Below are positions 49,263 to 60,289 of a stretch of 64,000 bases of DNA, piece by piece. Every line of letters begins with the position of its first letter. Position 1 is the first letter of the stretch. The translations under genes were made by a program, and so were the position numbers. The DNA is from Armatimonadota bacterium. GTDB taxonomy: Bacteria; Armatimonadota; HRBIN16. The stretch spans positions 3,648,001 to 3,712,000 of the forward strand of contig OY781964.1 in the NCBI GenBank assembly GCA_963677485.1. The letters are read 5' to 3'. The notes beneath the pieces were generated by a model that was given only the letters and a program-made list of their open reading frames with translations, did not search any database and was not told the origin of the DNA.

Positions 49263-50795
49263 ATGCTGGTGAAGGTGTTGTCCGGCACAGTACATGGCAT
49301 GGTGCCGTATACCATTGAGGTGGAAGTCAATCTGGGCGCAGGGGTGATCGATTGGTTGATCGTGGGATTGCCAGATCGTGCTGTTCAGGAATCCTGTACC
49401 CGCGTGATGCAAGCCATCCGTAATAGTCAGCTTCATATGCCCCCTCGGCGTGTCATCGTCAACCTCGCTCCTGCCGATCTCCGCAAAGAAGGCCCTGCTT
49501 TTGACCTGCCTATCGCACTTGGCGTGCTGGCTTCCTCTGGGCAGTTGCGCGTGGATATGCTGGAGGAGAGCATCATCATGGGTGAGCTCAGCCTGGACGG
49601 CAGTCTGCGCAGTGTCAGCGGAGTGCTGCCCGTAGCCATTCACGCCCGTGAGAAGGGGATGAAGCGGTTGATCGTTCCGCTGGCGAACGCTCAGGAAGCC
49701 GCGGTGGTGGGCAACATCCAGATTATCCCTGTAGAGCGCATCGAGCATGTGGTCGAATTCCTGAATGGTGGGAATAACATCGAGCCGATGCAGCTAGATC
49801 CCGAGGAAGTGCTGCAGATGGAGAGCCATGAGGAGCTCGATTTTGCAGATGTGAAGGGACAGATGCAGGTCAAGCGGGCTCTTGAGGTGGCTGCCGCCGG
49901 CGGGCATAATGTGCTGATGATCGGCCCTCCCGGCAGCGGTAAAACTATGCTGGCCCGACGCTTCCCCGGCATCCTGCCGCGCATGACCGTTCAAGAGGCG
50001 ATTGACACCACCAAGATATACAGCGTCGCGGGGCTGCTTCAAGCGCACAGTGGTCTGGTGTCACGCCGACCATTCCGATCACCGCACCATACCAGCTCCA
50101 ACGCCGCGCTTGTGGGGGGCGGCACCATCCCACGGCCAGGCGAGGTCAGCTTGGCCCACAACGGGGTACTATTCCTTGATGAGCTGCCGGAGTTTAAGCG
50201 TGATGTTCTTGAGGTGTTGCGGCAACCACTGGAAGACGGCATTGTGAGCATCGCCCGCGTCCAGGCCAGTCTGGAGTTCCCAGCCCGCTTTATGCTGGTG
50301 GCGGCGATGAATCCCTGCCCATGCGGCTATTTTGGTGACACGACGCGTGCGTGCAATTGTGGCGAATACGCGATACGGCGGTATCAACAGCGGATATCAG
50401 GACCCTTACTCGACCGGATTGACATTCATGTTGAGGTGCCACGGTTGACTCAGGATGACCTTCTGGGCGGCAAGCAGGGCGAATCATCTTCTGCCATCCG
50501 CAACCGTGTTTTGGCGGCGAGGGATAAGCAGCTGCAGCGGATGAGTGCGTCTGGAGTAACTTGCAATGCGCACATGAGTACCAAACAGACCAAGGAGTTC
50601 TGTGTGCTCAGCGATGATGTGAAGGCGATGCTGCGCCATATTGCGAACAGTATGGGCATCAGCGGTCGGGCCTTCGACCGCATCATACGGCTGGGGCGCA
50701 CCATCGCGGATTTGGCAGATTCCGATGACATCACCGTGGCACACATAGCGGAAGCGGTGCAATATCGAAGCCTGGATCGTAAAATTTGGTATTAA
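49263..50795 (+). CDS. comM: YifB/ComM Mg-chelatase-like AAA+ ATPase
   Basis: VGLPDRAVQE, NLAPADLRKEG, GPPGSGKTM, FLDELPEF, NPCPCGY; GGAGG RBS before 49263. Confidence 0.9.
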   Translation: MLVKVLSGTVHGMVPYTIEVEVNLGAGVIDWLIVGLPDRAVQESCTRVMQAIRNSQLHMPPRRVIVNLAPADLRKEGPAFDLPIALGVLASSGQLRVDMLEESIIMGELSLDGSLRSVSGVLPVAIHAREKGMKRLIVPLANAQEAAVVGNIQIIPVERIEHVVEFLNGGNNIEPMQLDPEEVLQMESHEELDFADVKGQMQVKRALEVAAAGGHNVLMIGPPGSGKTMLARRFPGILPRMTVQEAIDTTKIYSVAGLLQAHSGLVSRRPFRSPHHTSSNAALVGGGTIPRPGEVSLAHNGVLFLDELPEFKRDVLEVLRQPLEDGIVSIARVQASLEFPARFMLVAAMNPCPCGYFGDTTRACNCGEYAIRRYQQRISGPLLDRIDIHVEVPRLTQDDLLGGKQGESSSAIRNRVLAARDKQLQRMSASGVTCNAHMSTKQTKEFCVLSDDVKAMLRHIANSMGISGRAFDRIIRLGRTIADLADSDDITVAHIAEAVQYRSLDRKIWY

Positions 50796-51158
50796 CAACC
50801 ACGCAGTTTGCACGAAATTACCAGTAAACACCATGAAAATTTTATCCGCATTGACGGCAATGCTTGAATTATTGTAACTATTGCGCTACATTGGTATTTG
50901 CGATCATCCCAGAATGTATATCTATAAGGCTGTATATCTGTATGTAAGATAGGAAGACCTTCATAGAAAACAATACATTTTAGGAAAGCAACCGGGAGTT
51001 CCGACTGTTCTAGCGTCAGGATTGCCCTGCGGCAGTAACGTGGACAAAATGTTTCTGCAGCATCTACAGTTTCTGTGTCGTTGATTTATAACTGACCACT
51101 GGTTTGCAGGCTGTGTGTCTGCTCATCAGTCTCATAGAATTACTTAGGAGGCTATCAT

Positions 51159-51764
51159 ATGCGCAACGCAAAATGGTCGGAAGACAGCATTATCACTACT
51201 TTGATCCAACTCAATAAAGAGGGTGTTGATCTGTCCTATTCCGGAGTGACCAAAACGCACCTGGCTCTTCTAAGGGCGGCGATGCGTCGTTTTGGTAGCT
51301 GGCGTGCTGCCGTAGAGGCTGCCCGTATCCCATATGGCGGTGTTCGGAAATATCGTGACTGGTCCAGAGAGCGTATCATCGCCAGAATTCAAGAACTGCA
51401 CGATCAAGGCGCCGACCTAAGCTGGGGCAATATCAGCGTGAATGTCGATCCTCAACTGGCCGCTGCCTCGACTAAACCGAAACACTTCGGCAGTTGGCGT
51501 GAAGCCGTAGAGGCTGCAGGAATTAACTATGATTCGGTCCGTCGTTACACAGAGTGGTCCGAAGAACTCATCATTGGCCGTTTGAAGAGGCTTCACGCGG
51601 ATGGACATCCGTTGAATGCCCGGGCGATCGAGCTGATTGATATGCCGCTGGTGACCGCCGCCCGCCGCCGGTTTGAGAGCTGGGAAAAAGCGCTGTATGC
51701 GGCTGGTATAGATGGCAAACGCTACATCCTGCGGCGCCCATCGCGAAAGCATCGTACCGAATAG
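51159..51764 (+). CDS. Protein of three ~62-65-aa repeats (homing-endonuclease-associated-repeat-like)
   Basis: WS...II..(L/I)..L...G..L ... F(G/E)SW..A..AA.I occurs three times; AGGAGG RBS. Confidence 0.7.
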   Translation: MRNAKWSEDSIITTLIQLNKEGVDLSYSGVTKTHLALLRAAMRRFGSWRAAVEAARIPYGGVRKYRDWSRERIIARIQELHDQGADLSWGNISVNVDPQLAAASTKPKHFGSWREAVEAAGINYDSVRRYTEWSEELIIGRLKRLHADGHPLNARAIELIDMPLVTAARRRFESWEKALYAAGIDGKRYILRRPSRKHRTE

Positions 51765-51884
51765 CGGGAACCGGCTCTACCATGGGGTTGGTATATATAA
51801 TCGTAGACGGAAATATGATCCGCAGGTAAGCTGCGGCTGTGCGGTGATACGCGGGGTCTAGAACCCCCAAAAGGGAGGCCCCTC

Positions 51885-52163
51885 ATGCTTCGATACAATA
51901 ACCGAACAATCATCTACGCCGTTGTGGTGCTGCAGGTTGTGTTGATAATGTATGCCTACCAGTATGGGCTCAGCAGGAGCGTCAAGCCGGCGTCTGTGAA
52001 CATGATCGAACTCAGCCAGCCAGCCGATAAGTTAGGTTCCACAAGATGGCTCGCCATTGCAGATCCAAATCAGAAGACGGTGAGCATCGTGACGGTAGAA
52101 GTTGGGATACCATCCTCCGCTCGAGTAGAGGCGATCAAACCTTATGACAGGCTAGAAAAGTAG
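51885..52163 (+). CDS. Small membrane-anchored hypothetical protein
   Basis: 92 aa with an N-terminal hydrophobic helix; GGGAGG RBS. Confidence 0.6.
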   Translation: MLRYNNRTIIYAVVVLQVVLIMYAYQYGLSRSVKPASVNMIELSQPADKLGSTRWLAIADPNQKTVSIVTVEVGIPSSARVEAIKPYDRLEK

Positions 52164-52201
52164 TCTCATTAGGTTAGTTTTAGATGATGCCGTTGGACAC
52201 C

Positions 52202-52230
52202 TTGACAGTTTCCCGAGGCTGAGATATAAT
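52202..52230 (+). promoter_or_regulatory. Consensus sigma70 promoter of tRNA-Asn
   Basis: TTGACA-17 bp-TATAAT. Confidence 0.85.
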
Positions 52231-52241
52231 TCTTTTGGTGA

Positions 52242-52317
52242 TCCCCGATAGCTCAATTGGCAGAGCGGCTGGCTGTTAACCAGTAGGTTCCCGGTTCGAG
52301 TCCAGGTCGGGGAGCCA
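52242..52317 (+). tRNA. tRNA-Asn (GTT)
   Basis: Acceptor stem tccccga/tcgggga (U1-A72), anticodon loop ctGTTaa, encoded CCA. Confidence 0.96.
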
Positions 52318-52349
52318 ATTTATTCAAATACATCCGTTTATACCTCTCT

Positions 52350-52379
52350 AATCCCTCCAGCGATGCTGGCGGGATTTTT
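52350..52379 (+). terminator. Intrinsic terminator after tRNA-Asn
   Basis: aatccc.ccagc-gat-gctgg.gggatt followed by a T run. Confidence 0.7.
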
Positions 52380-52496
52380 GCTTTTTAGGATATATCAATG
52401 AGCGAGCAGTATAGACAGCACTCTGAGGCGAGAACAAGAGGGGCGGAATCTGCCCGTCCCTGGCGGAACGGGCAGCCGATCGTGGGGTATCCCTAT

Positions 52497-55082
52497 CTAG
52501 TCGTCGTCATCTTCAGCATCACCACTGAATGACAGGTTCAGCGCTTTCAGACCTTTACCGTGAGCTCCGGCATAACTAGTGGGGTATGCGGTATCTACGC
52601 CTTTCACGGAATGCCAGATGATGCGGTTGAGGGTGTCGTCATCTATTTTGTCCGGTAGATCCCATCGCATACTGAGTGTTTGTTTTGCCATTTGAAGCTG
52701 CGGACCAGACAACTGTGACAATTTGGGGTTCATTTGCTCCAGCGGAATGATGCTGGGCAGGCAGGTGTATGGCCGATTATCCGGCGTATTGGTGAAGCAC
52801 TCTTTCATTACTGGCGCACTGGCATCCAACTGATTCATTGGAGGTAGGCCCAACATCAGCTCCATGGTATGCAGCACCGATGTCTGGTTGTAGAATTCAC
52901 TTACCACGGCGTTTCGACGGGTGTAGGGGCTGGCGACCAGGCAAATGGAGCGATGACCGTCTACGTGGTCGAACCCGTTCTGCGGATCATCTTCTATGAC
53001 GAAGATGCATGTTGTCGACCAGAACTTGCTTTTGGAGATCGCCTCGACGATTTGGCCGAGAGCATAATCATTGGCCGCGAGATAACCCTCCGGAGAGGGG
53101 ACACCTGGAGCTGTACCGCTTGTATGGTCATTCGGGAGATAGATCGTCACGAAATCAGGCCAGGTGCCTTTCCTCTCATACTTTTTGAATTCACGCAGGA
53201 ACGATTCGGTACGCGCCATGTCAGGGATCGCCAGGTTCCAGCCTGGAAAGTCCGGGCAACTGTAACGCGACAGCTCGTTCACGTAGTATTTTGATCCCAG
53301 TTTTACGCTGCTTGCATTATGCATATAGACATTTTGAATGTCCGAATAAGATGCTGTTTTAGGTTCGACCGTCCCTACGCCCATTTCGCCATAGTTGCGG
53401 AAGGAGAGGTTGTGCAGTAACACGTTATCCCAGATGAAACCCGATGATGCGAACCCCATGGGATCATCACCAGAGTAGGGATAGCTGCGATGCCATCCGC
53501 CGGCCTCTTTTTCGATATAGTCGGTGGTATAGCCCTGAGTGACCCATTGGTGGCCATCTGCGGAGACCACACCGTTGCAGTAGAAGTTGTCGAGCAGCAC
53601 GAACTGATCAGCCAGGGCGTGATGGTTGGGTGTGACGTTGCTGCCAAATGTACACAGGCTGGGATCATTGTTCCCGCGAGGCATATCACCGAAAATCTGA
53701 TCATATGTGCGATTTTCCTTGATGATGTAGACGACATGCTCGATGGTCGAAGGTTCACCCACTCTGTCAGGCACCGGAACGGGCCTTTTGCCGATCTGCG
53801 CCTTTTCGAGGGCCCTTAGTGCCTGCGGAATCTGTGCATCTGACTTCACCTGGGCTGTGTATTTCTTCAGCATTTTGGCGTCGGGCAGTGCCGCCTTGTT
53901 GATTGAGCCCATGGTCCAGTAGACGGAGTAGCCATTGACGTCCGGTTTCTTATCGCGTGAACCGATGCCCTTCACATTGACGACAAACAGGTTCTTCCCG
54001 TCAGTGGCGACCGCGCCAGGATACCAGCCGGTTGGGATAAATCCGTTGATCTTAGCCTTCTTGTGGCGTGCGTCGGCAAGAGTGATGTCGGCGATGGCGT
54101 TATTCCCACCATTGGCGACGTAAAGCCTGCTTCCGTCTTTGCTGAGTACAAGCGCGTTGGGCGCACTGCCAAACGGGAGCGAAGCCACGGGACGAACCAG
54201 GATATCATCGGTCACCTTCAGGCTGAGAGTGTCAATCACACTGATGGTGTCTAAATTCGCATTGGTGACATAGAGCGTCTTGCCATCCAGTCCCAGAACA
54301 AGCCCAGATGGGTGAAGCCCCGTGACCACTTGCGAGCTCTCCTTCAGTTCCTTGATGTCGATGACAGAGACCGTGCCGCTATTGGCGATCCCGCGCTCAT
54401 CGACCAGCGTGTCTGTGCCAGAGGATACGGCGGTCCGTTCACCGCTTTTCGCCCGTCGGCCACCCCAGTTGGTCACATACGCGGTTTGGCCATCCCTGGA
54501 CAACACCACATCGTAGGGTGCCACACCGACGGGGATCTCGGCCAGCAGCTTGCCTTGGAGCAGGTCGACCACGGCGAGTGAATTGCTCCTCGACAGGCAG
54601 ACATACGCAAGCTTGTCATCGTCTGAAATGGCGATACCGCAGGCCACCGGCTCCCCCTTAATTGAGGGTTGAGGCAATACTATACCCCGCTTCCAGGATA
54701 TCTTTCCATTAGGCAAAACCGCCGCCTGTAGGATCTTGTTTTGAGTGGTGACATACAGCTTACGTCCATCTTTGCTCAGCGCGATACCGTGTAGAGACGC
54801 GGTGCCGCTTTCGTAAGCAAGGGTGGCCTGGCTCTTGAGGCTGGCAGCATCTATGACGGCCACAGCACTGGTGTTCTTCACGTAGATCAGCCGGCCATCA
54901 TGCGAGAGCACCATGTCGACAGGCCGCCCTGCGATCTCCAACACCTGGCCCGCAGGCCGGATCAGTTGCTTGGTAGGCACCACATAGCCTCCATCGGCCA
55001 CCTTGCCCAACAAAACAGGGGCTTTGGCGAAAGCGATGGCGGGTAACATTACGGTAACCAAGGTAACCCAACCGGATTTCAT
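52497..55082 (-). CDS. Secreted YncE-type beta-propeller + phosphoesterase (alkaline-phosphatase-like) protein
   Basis: YVTN repeats; YIIKENRTYD, SADGHQW, LPNDHT, EDDPQNGFDHVDGHRS. Confidence 0.88.
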   Translation of the reverse strand: MKSGWVTLVTVMLPAIAFAKAPVLLGKVADGGYVVPTKQLIRPAGQVLEIAGRPVDMVLSHDGRLIYVKNTSAVAVIDAASLKSQATLAYESGTASLHGIALSKDGRKLYVTTQNKILQAAVLPNGKISWKRGIVLPQPSIKGEPVACGIAISDDDKLAYVCLSRSNSLAVVDLLQGKLLAEIPVGVAPYDVVLSRDGQTAYVTNWGGRRAKSGERTAVSSGTDTLVDERGIANSGTVSVIDIKELKESSQVVTGLHPSGLVLGLDGKTLYVTNANLDTISVIDTLSLKVTDDILVRPVASLPFGSAPNALVLSKDGSRLYVANGGNNAIADITLADARHKKAKINGFIPTGWYPGAVATDGKNLFVVNVKGIGSRDKKPDVNGYSVYWTMGSINKAALPDAKMLKKYTAQVKSDAQIPQALRALEKAQIGKRPVPVPDRVGEPSTIEHVVYIIKENRTYDQIFGDMPRGNNDPSLCTFGSNVTPNHHALADQFVLLDNFYCNGVVSADGHQWVTQGYTTDYIEKEAGGWHRSYPYSGDDPMGFASSGFIWDNVLLHNLSFRNYGEMGVGTVEPKTASYSDIQNVYMHNASSVKLGSKYYVNELSRYSCPDFPGWNLAIPDMARTESFLREFKKYERKGTWPDFVTIYLPNDHTSGTAPGVPSPEGYLAANDYALGQIVEAISKSKFWSTTCIFVIEDDPQNGFDHVDGHRSICLVASPYTRRNAVVSEFYNQTSVLHTMELMLGLPPMNQLDASAPVMKECFTNTPDNRPYTCLPSIIPLEQMNPKLSQLSGPQLQMAKQTLSMRWDLPDKIDDDTLNRIIWHSVKGVDTAYPTSYAGAHGKGLKALNLSFSGDAEDDDD

Positions 55083-55397
55083 CAGTACACTCCATCTAAA
55101 CAGGCCTTTACATCAAGGCTATCAGTTTCGAATCGCGTCAGCATGACGCTGCCCGCAGAACTACTCGTATTTAACCCCCTATATGTACGGTGTCATGCAA
55201 ATGCACGTCATTTTAGAACGCAGCCATATTCAGGCATGGATCACAACCTGTATCTGTCCATGGACAGCTCCGTCGAAATGGGTTTGAACCCTGGATGATG
55301 AACTGGTATATTGTGCATAAGCTCAACAACACCGCATCGACAGCCGACCATGCGAGCGGCATCAACTGCTGTGGCGCGTGAGCAAGGAGGCGATAAA

Positions 55398-55844
55398 GTG
55401 ATAGAGTTTGATGCGACGATCGTCAGGCTGCCAGGTAAGATCGCGTGGCCGGTTTTCTACATCCCGGATTCCTTCGCGGAGGCCTTGGGCACCAAGAACC
55501 GCATCAATGTGCTGGCAGTGGTGGACGGCGCCGAGTTTCGCGGCACGCTGCTGCCCAGCAGTAACGGGCATTACCTGGTCTACAGCCAGGCCATACGCAA
55601 GCACTGCGGTAAAGAGATCGGTGAGAGCCTGTGCGTATCGCTGGAAGTCGATGACCAGCCACGCGAGCTGGAACTGCCCGAGGATGTGGTCGCGGCGTTA
55701 GATGGCACGGAAGCCGCGATGGAGAAGTTTGTGTTGCTTCCTTACTATATACGGCGTGATGAGATCAACAAGATCAACGACGCCAAGACGCAGCCTACGC
55801 GGGAGAAGCGCGTCAAGGCGTTGTTGGACAGACTGCTGGGGTAG
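55398..55844 (+). CDS. DUF1905 + YdeI/OmpD-associated domain protein
   Basis: AAGGAGG RBS before GTG; FRGTLLP, R.LELPED, INDAKTQPTREKR. Confidence 0.8.
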   Translation: MIEFDATIVRLPGKIAWPVFYIPDSFAEALGTKNRINVLAVVDGAEFRGTLLPSSNGHYLVYSQAIRKHCGKEIGESLCVSLEVDDQPRELELPEDVVAALDGTEAAMEKFVLLPYYIRRDEINKINDAKTQPTREKRVKALLDRLLG

Positions 55845-55938
55845 GATGGGGAGTGACGCATAGTAGCGTATAGCTCAGAAAATCGTGTCATAATAACTGA
55901 TGAAAGAGAACGCAGCGAACCGATGAAAGGGAAACAAC

Positions 55939-56616
55939 ATGGAGCTCACTACAAAGCTTGAGAACGATGATGTACTGTTTGTGATCAGCGATTATCCACT
56001 CGAATATCAAGCTGTGTTTCAAGAAGCTTACTATGAACTGGTGGATGGTGCTTATGTCAAACGGTTCTCGAAGGATCTCCCAAATATGTCGAGGATCCGG
56101 CGGAATTGGGAAAGCAACGCCGAAGCGATGTTTGCACAAATGGGCCACTTCGCGGTGGTAGATTGGGAGGCGGTGTTAATGCAACTCATTCCCATTCTAG
56201 ATGACAACCGAATTGATTGGTGGCTGACAGGTAGTTGTGCCACATGCGTGTATGGTTTGCCCTTCAAGCCGCACGACATTGATCTGATGTTGACATCGAA
56301 GGACATCGATCTCGTGAACGAGCTGTTCGCAGATTATTTAATCGAACCGATCAGCAGCACCAATGGCTGGGTGGTTGACTATTTCGGCGTGTTATACATG
56401 GGAGCGAGAGTAGACTTAGCGTTTGATCCGGTAAGCATTGTGGACGACCCAGAACCAGCCGATTTTGGGCCATATGCCATGGCGAACCTTCAAGAGGTTT
56501 GCTGGAATGGGCACAATGTCAAAGTCCCGCCGCTAGAGCTGCAGCTTCAGGTGAACAAGAGGCGTGACCGTTTAGACAGAGCTGAAGCGATTTCGCAGTT
56601 CATCGACAGTCGGTGA
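55939..56616 (+). CDS. Putative nucleotidyltransferase-fold protein
   Basis: WWLTGS...PHDIDL (GS + DxD) motif. Confidence 0.6.
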   Translation: MELTTKLENDDVLFVISDYPLEYQAVFQEAYYELVDGAYVKRFSKDLPNMSRIRRNWESNAEAMFAQMGHFAVVDWEAVLMQLIPILDDNRIDWWLTGSCATCVYGLPFKPHDIDLMLTSKDIDLVNELFADYLIEPISSTNGWVVDYFGVLYMGARVDLAFDPVSIVDDPEPADFGPYAMANLQEVCWNGHNVKVPPLELQLQVNKRRDRLDRAEAISQFIDSR

Positions 56617-56624
56617 TTGGCTTA

Positions 56625-57302
56625 CTACAACCGCAGCCAGGGTGAACGGTTGGGGTCGCTGCGCCAGACGGTATACGAGTAGACCGACAGGAAGAGCACC
56701 AGAGCCACACCCCCGATAAGGATCAGCCTGAGCAGCACGGTGGATTCCAGCAGAATGGCTCCCAACAGCATCACCAGACCGTAGATAATGGTCAGCTGAC
56801 CGCCCAGCCGGTGGGTTTTGCTCCACGAGAGCTCGCTGGCGAGGGTCCAGGGCGTCCGGATGCCCGAGACGCGATTCATGCGCAGCTTAGGGAAGTAGTT
56901 GCCAATCACGATGAGCAGCAATCCAAAAGTGCCCCACATCACCACACCGACATCGATCTTCCGACCAAGCGCATTGCCAATCCCCACAGCCTGCAGCACG
57001 ACCATCGGCGTGAGCGCGGCAATCCACATGATGGTCTTGACCGATGTGAGGTTCTGAAGTTTGGCCAAAATCATGAAGACCCCAATCATGATGAGTGTGC
57101 CGATTGGAAGCCCCAGCAGCGCGGTCGCCTTGTCTGAATAGGCGTCGGGTTGCCCCTGAAGGTTCGTGTGGGTGACCATCTGCTGCCCATCGGGGATCAT
57201 GACCCATCCCACTGCGGTGATGATCAGCATAATGGCTAGAATACAACCGCTTGCGATTAGCAGTGGCCGGATACTGGATGCCGAGTTCTCTTCCATTGCC
57301 AT
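56625..57302 (-). CDS. sdpI: SdpI-family immunity membrane protein (DUF1648 + SdpI)
   Basis: H.NLQGQPD, GNYFPK..N...GIRTPWTL.SE..W.KTHRLGG. Confidence 0.85.
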   Translation of the reverse strand: MAMEENSASSIRPLLIASGCILAIMLIITAVGWVMIPDGQQMVTHTNLQGQPDAYSDKATALLGLPIGTLIMIGVFMILAKLQNLTSVKTIMWIAALTPMVVLQAVGIGNALGRKIDVGVVMWGTFGLLLIVIGNYFPKLRMNRVSGIRTPWTLASELSWSKTHRLGGQLTIIYGLVMLLGAILLESTVLLRLILIGGVALVLFLSVYSYTVWRSDPNRSPWLRL

Positions 57303-57325
57303 GTCCTCCAAGACTGGGTAACCGA

Positions 57326-57664
57326 TTATGACGGCTCTGAACGGGGGTTCATCACGCTTTTACCTGATGCCATCCGTTTGATCGCTTTGTTGAGGCCATC
57401 TTCTTTCAAGAGGCCGAAGCTGTCCAGCAGACTCACCATTGCATCCTCCAGCACGGAGGCATTCAGATGGTAGGTGATGGTAGTTTGAACCTTGTCACCG
57501 TAGATCAAGTCGGCCTCTTTCAAGATCGCGAAATGCCGAGAGAGGGTGGGCTTGGTGATCTCGAAATGCTCGGATATCTCACCCGCTGTCATGTCGCGTT
57601 CGCGCAGCATCTGCAGGATTTTGCGCCTGGTGGGGTCTGAAAGGGCCTTATACACATTAGCCAT
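57326..57664 (-). CDS. sdpR: ArsR-family autorepressor SdpR
   Basis: KALSDPTRRKILQML..DMTAGEI..HF.ITKPTLSRHF..LKEADL; directly upstream of sdpI. Confidence 0.85.
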   Translation of the reverse strand: MANVYKALSDPTRRKILQMLRERDMTAGEISEHFEITKPTLSRHFAILKEADLIYGDKVQTTITYHLNASVLEDAMVSLLDSFGLLKEDGLNKAIKRMASGKSVMNPRSEPS

Positions 57665-57679
57665 GACTCACCTGTTTGC

Positions 57680-57727
57680 TATTTCGTCTAACATCTAAAT
57701 ATACCTGTGGCGATTTTGGTTTGTCAA
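57680..57727 (-). promoter_or_regulatory. sdpR promoter with overlapping inverted-repeat operator
   Basis: Minus strand TTGACA-18 bp-TATATT, overlapped by TATTTAG-N8-CGAAATA (57680-57701). Confidence 0.6.
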
Positions 57728-57823
57728 GTGGTTTTGAGGAGTTGGTGAATATTCCTATATGTGATCCAGCAGGCGACGGTAAATAATCTGAAGCGAAAGC
57801 GTCGGAGCACAGGGTTTGAGGGT

Positions 57824-57848
57824 GATAGGCGCGAAAAACGCGCCTATC
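57824..57848 (-). terminator. Hairpin downstream of the CMD gene
   Basis: gataggcgcg-aaaaa-cgcgcctatc, a perfect 10-bp stem; no clear U tract. Confidence 0.45.
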
Positions 57849-57861
57849 GGTATGGTTCTAG

Positions 57862-59627
<1,766 letters not shown>

Positions 59628-59763
59628 CTATGCCAGCATTTAGTTTCTTGAGTGGTTATGAACACCCAGGCTCCACCCACTCTCCGAGCTTGGGGATGCT
59701 GTCAACTAACCGACAGCATCTATTTCGTTCTTGCTCATTACTGCATGCGGTATGCCATTCTAA

Positions 59764-60285
59764 TCACACATCGAGCCAGTAGGCGATGTCGTTCTCGGCA
59801 CTTTTCACGCTACCACCAACGATGGCCAGTCCTTCTTTGACAATCGCGTCGTGACAGGCCTTTTTGATGTCACTCACACTATGCCCCAATCCACTGCCTT
59901 CGTGGGTGCATAACGGATAGATAGCTTTGCCGGAAAAACTGAACTTTTCAAGGAATGTCCAAACCGGCATCGGCATGGTACCCCACCAGTTGGGATAACA
60001 TAAAATGATATGATCATAGGCTTCGATGCTGTCTGGAAGGCTACGCAACTCCGGCCTTGCGTGTACACGTAACTCCTCCTTTACCTCCTTGGTGCAGGCG
60101 GTGTAGTCATCGGAATACGTCCTGACAGGGATGATCTGGTATAACTCTCCGCCGGTCAGTTTTTCAACCATACCTGCCGCGACTTCCGTGTTTCCTACCT
60201 CTAGGTTGACGATTCGGCCATCGACATAGTTATTACCACGCCTGGAGAAAAAGACGATCAGGGTTCTACCCTTCATTGGAGTCAT
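59764..60285 (-). CDS. Flavodoxin (Flavodoxin_4 type)
   Basis: FFSRRG...GNT, YPNWWGTMP, CTHEGSGLG. Confidence 0.9.
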   Translation of the reverse strand: MTPMKGRTLIVFFSRRGNNYVDGRIVNLEVGNTEVAAGMVEKLTGGELYQIIPVRTYSDDYTACTKEVKEELRVHARPELRSLPDSIEAYDHIILCYPNWWGTMPMPVWTFLEKFSFSGKAIYPLCTHEGSGLGHSVSDIKKACHDAIVKEGLAIVGGSVKSAENDIAYWLDV

Positions 60286-60289
60286 CTGC

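Noticed and set aside
50950-51150. Riboswitch upstream of the repeat protein
   Set aside because: I could not recognise any known aptamer consensus by eye.
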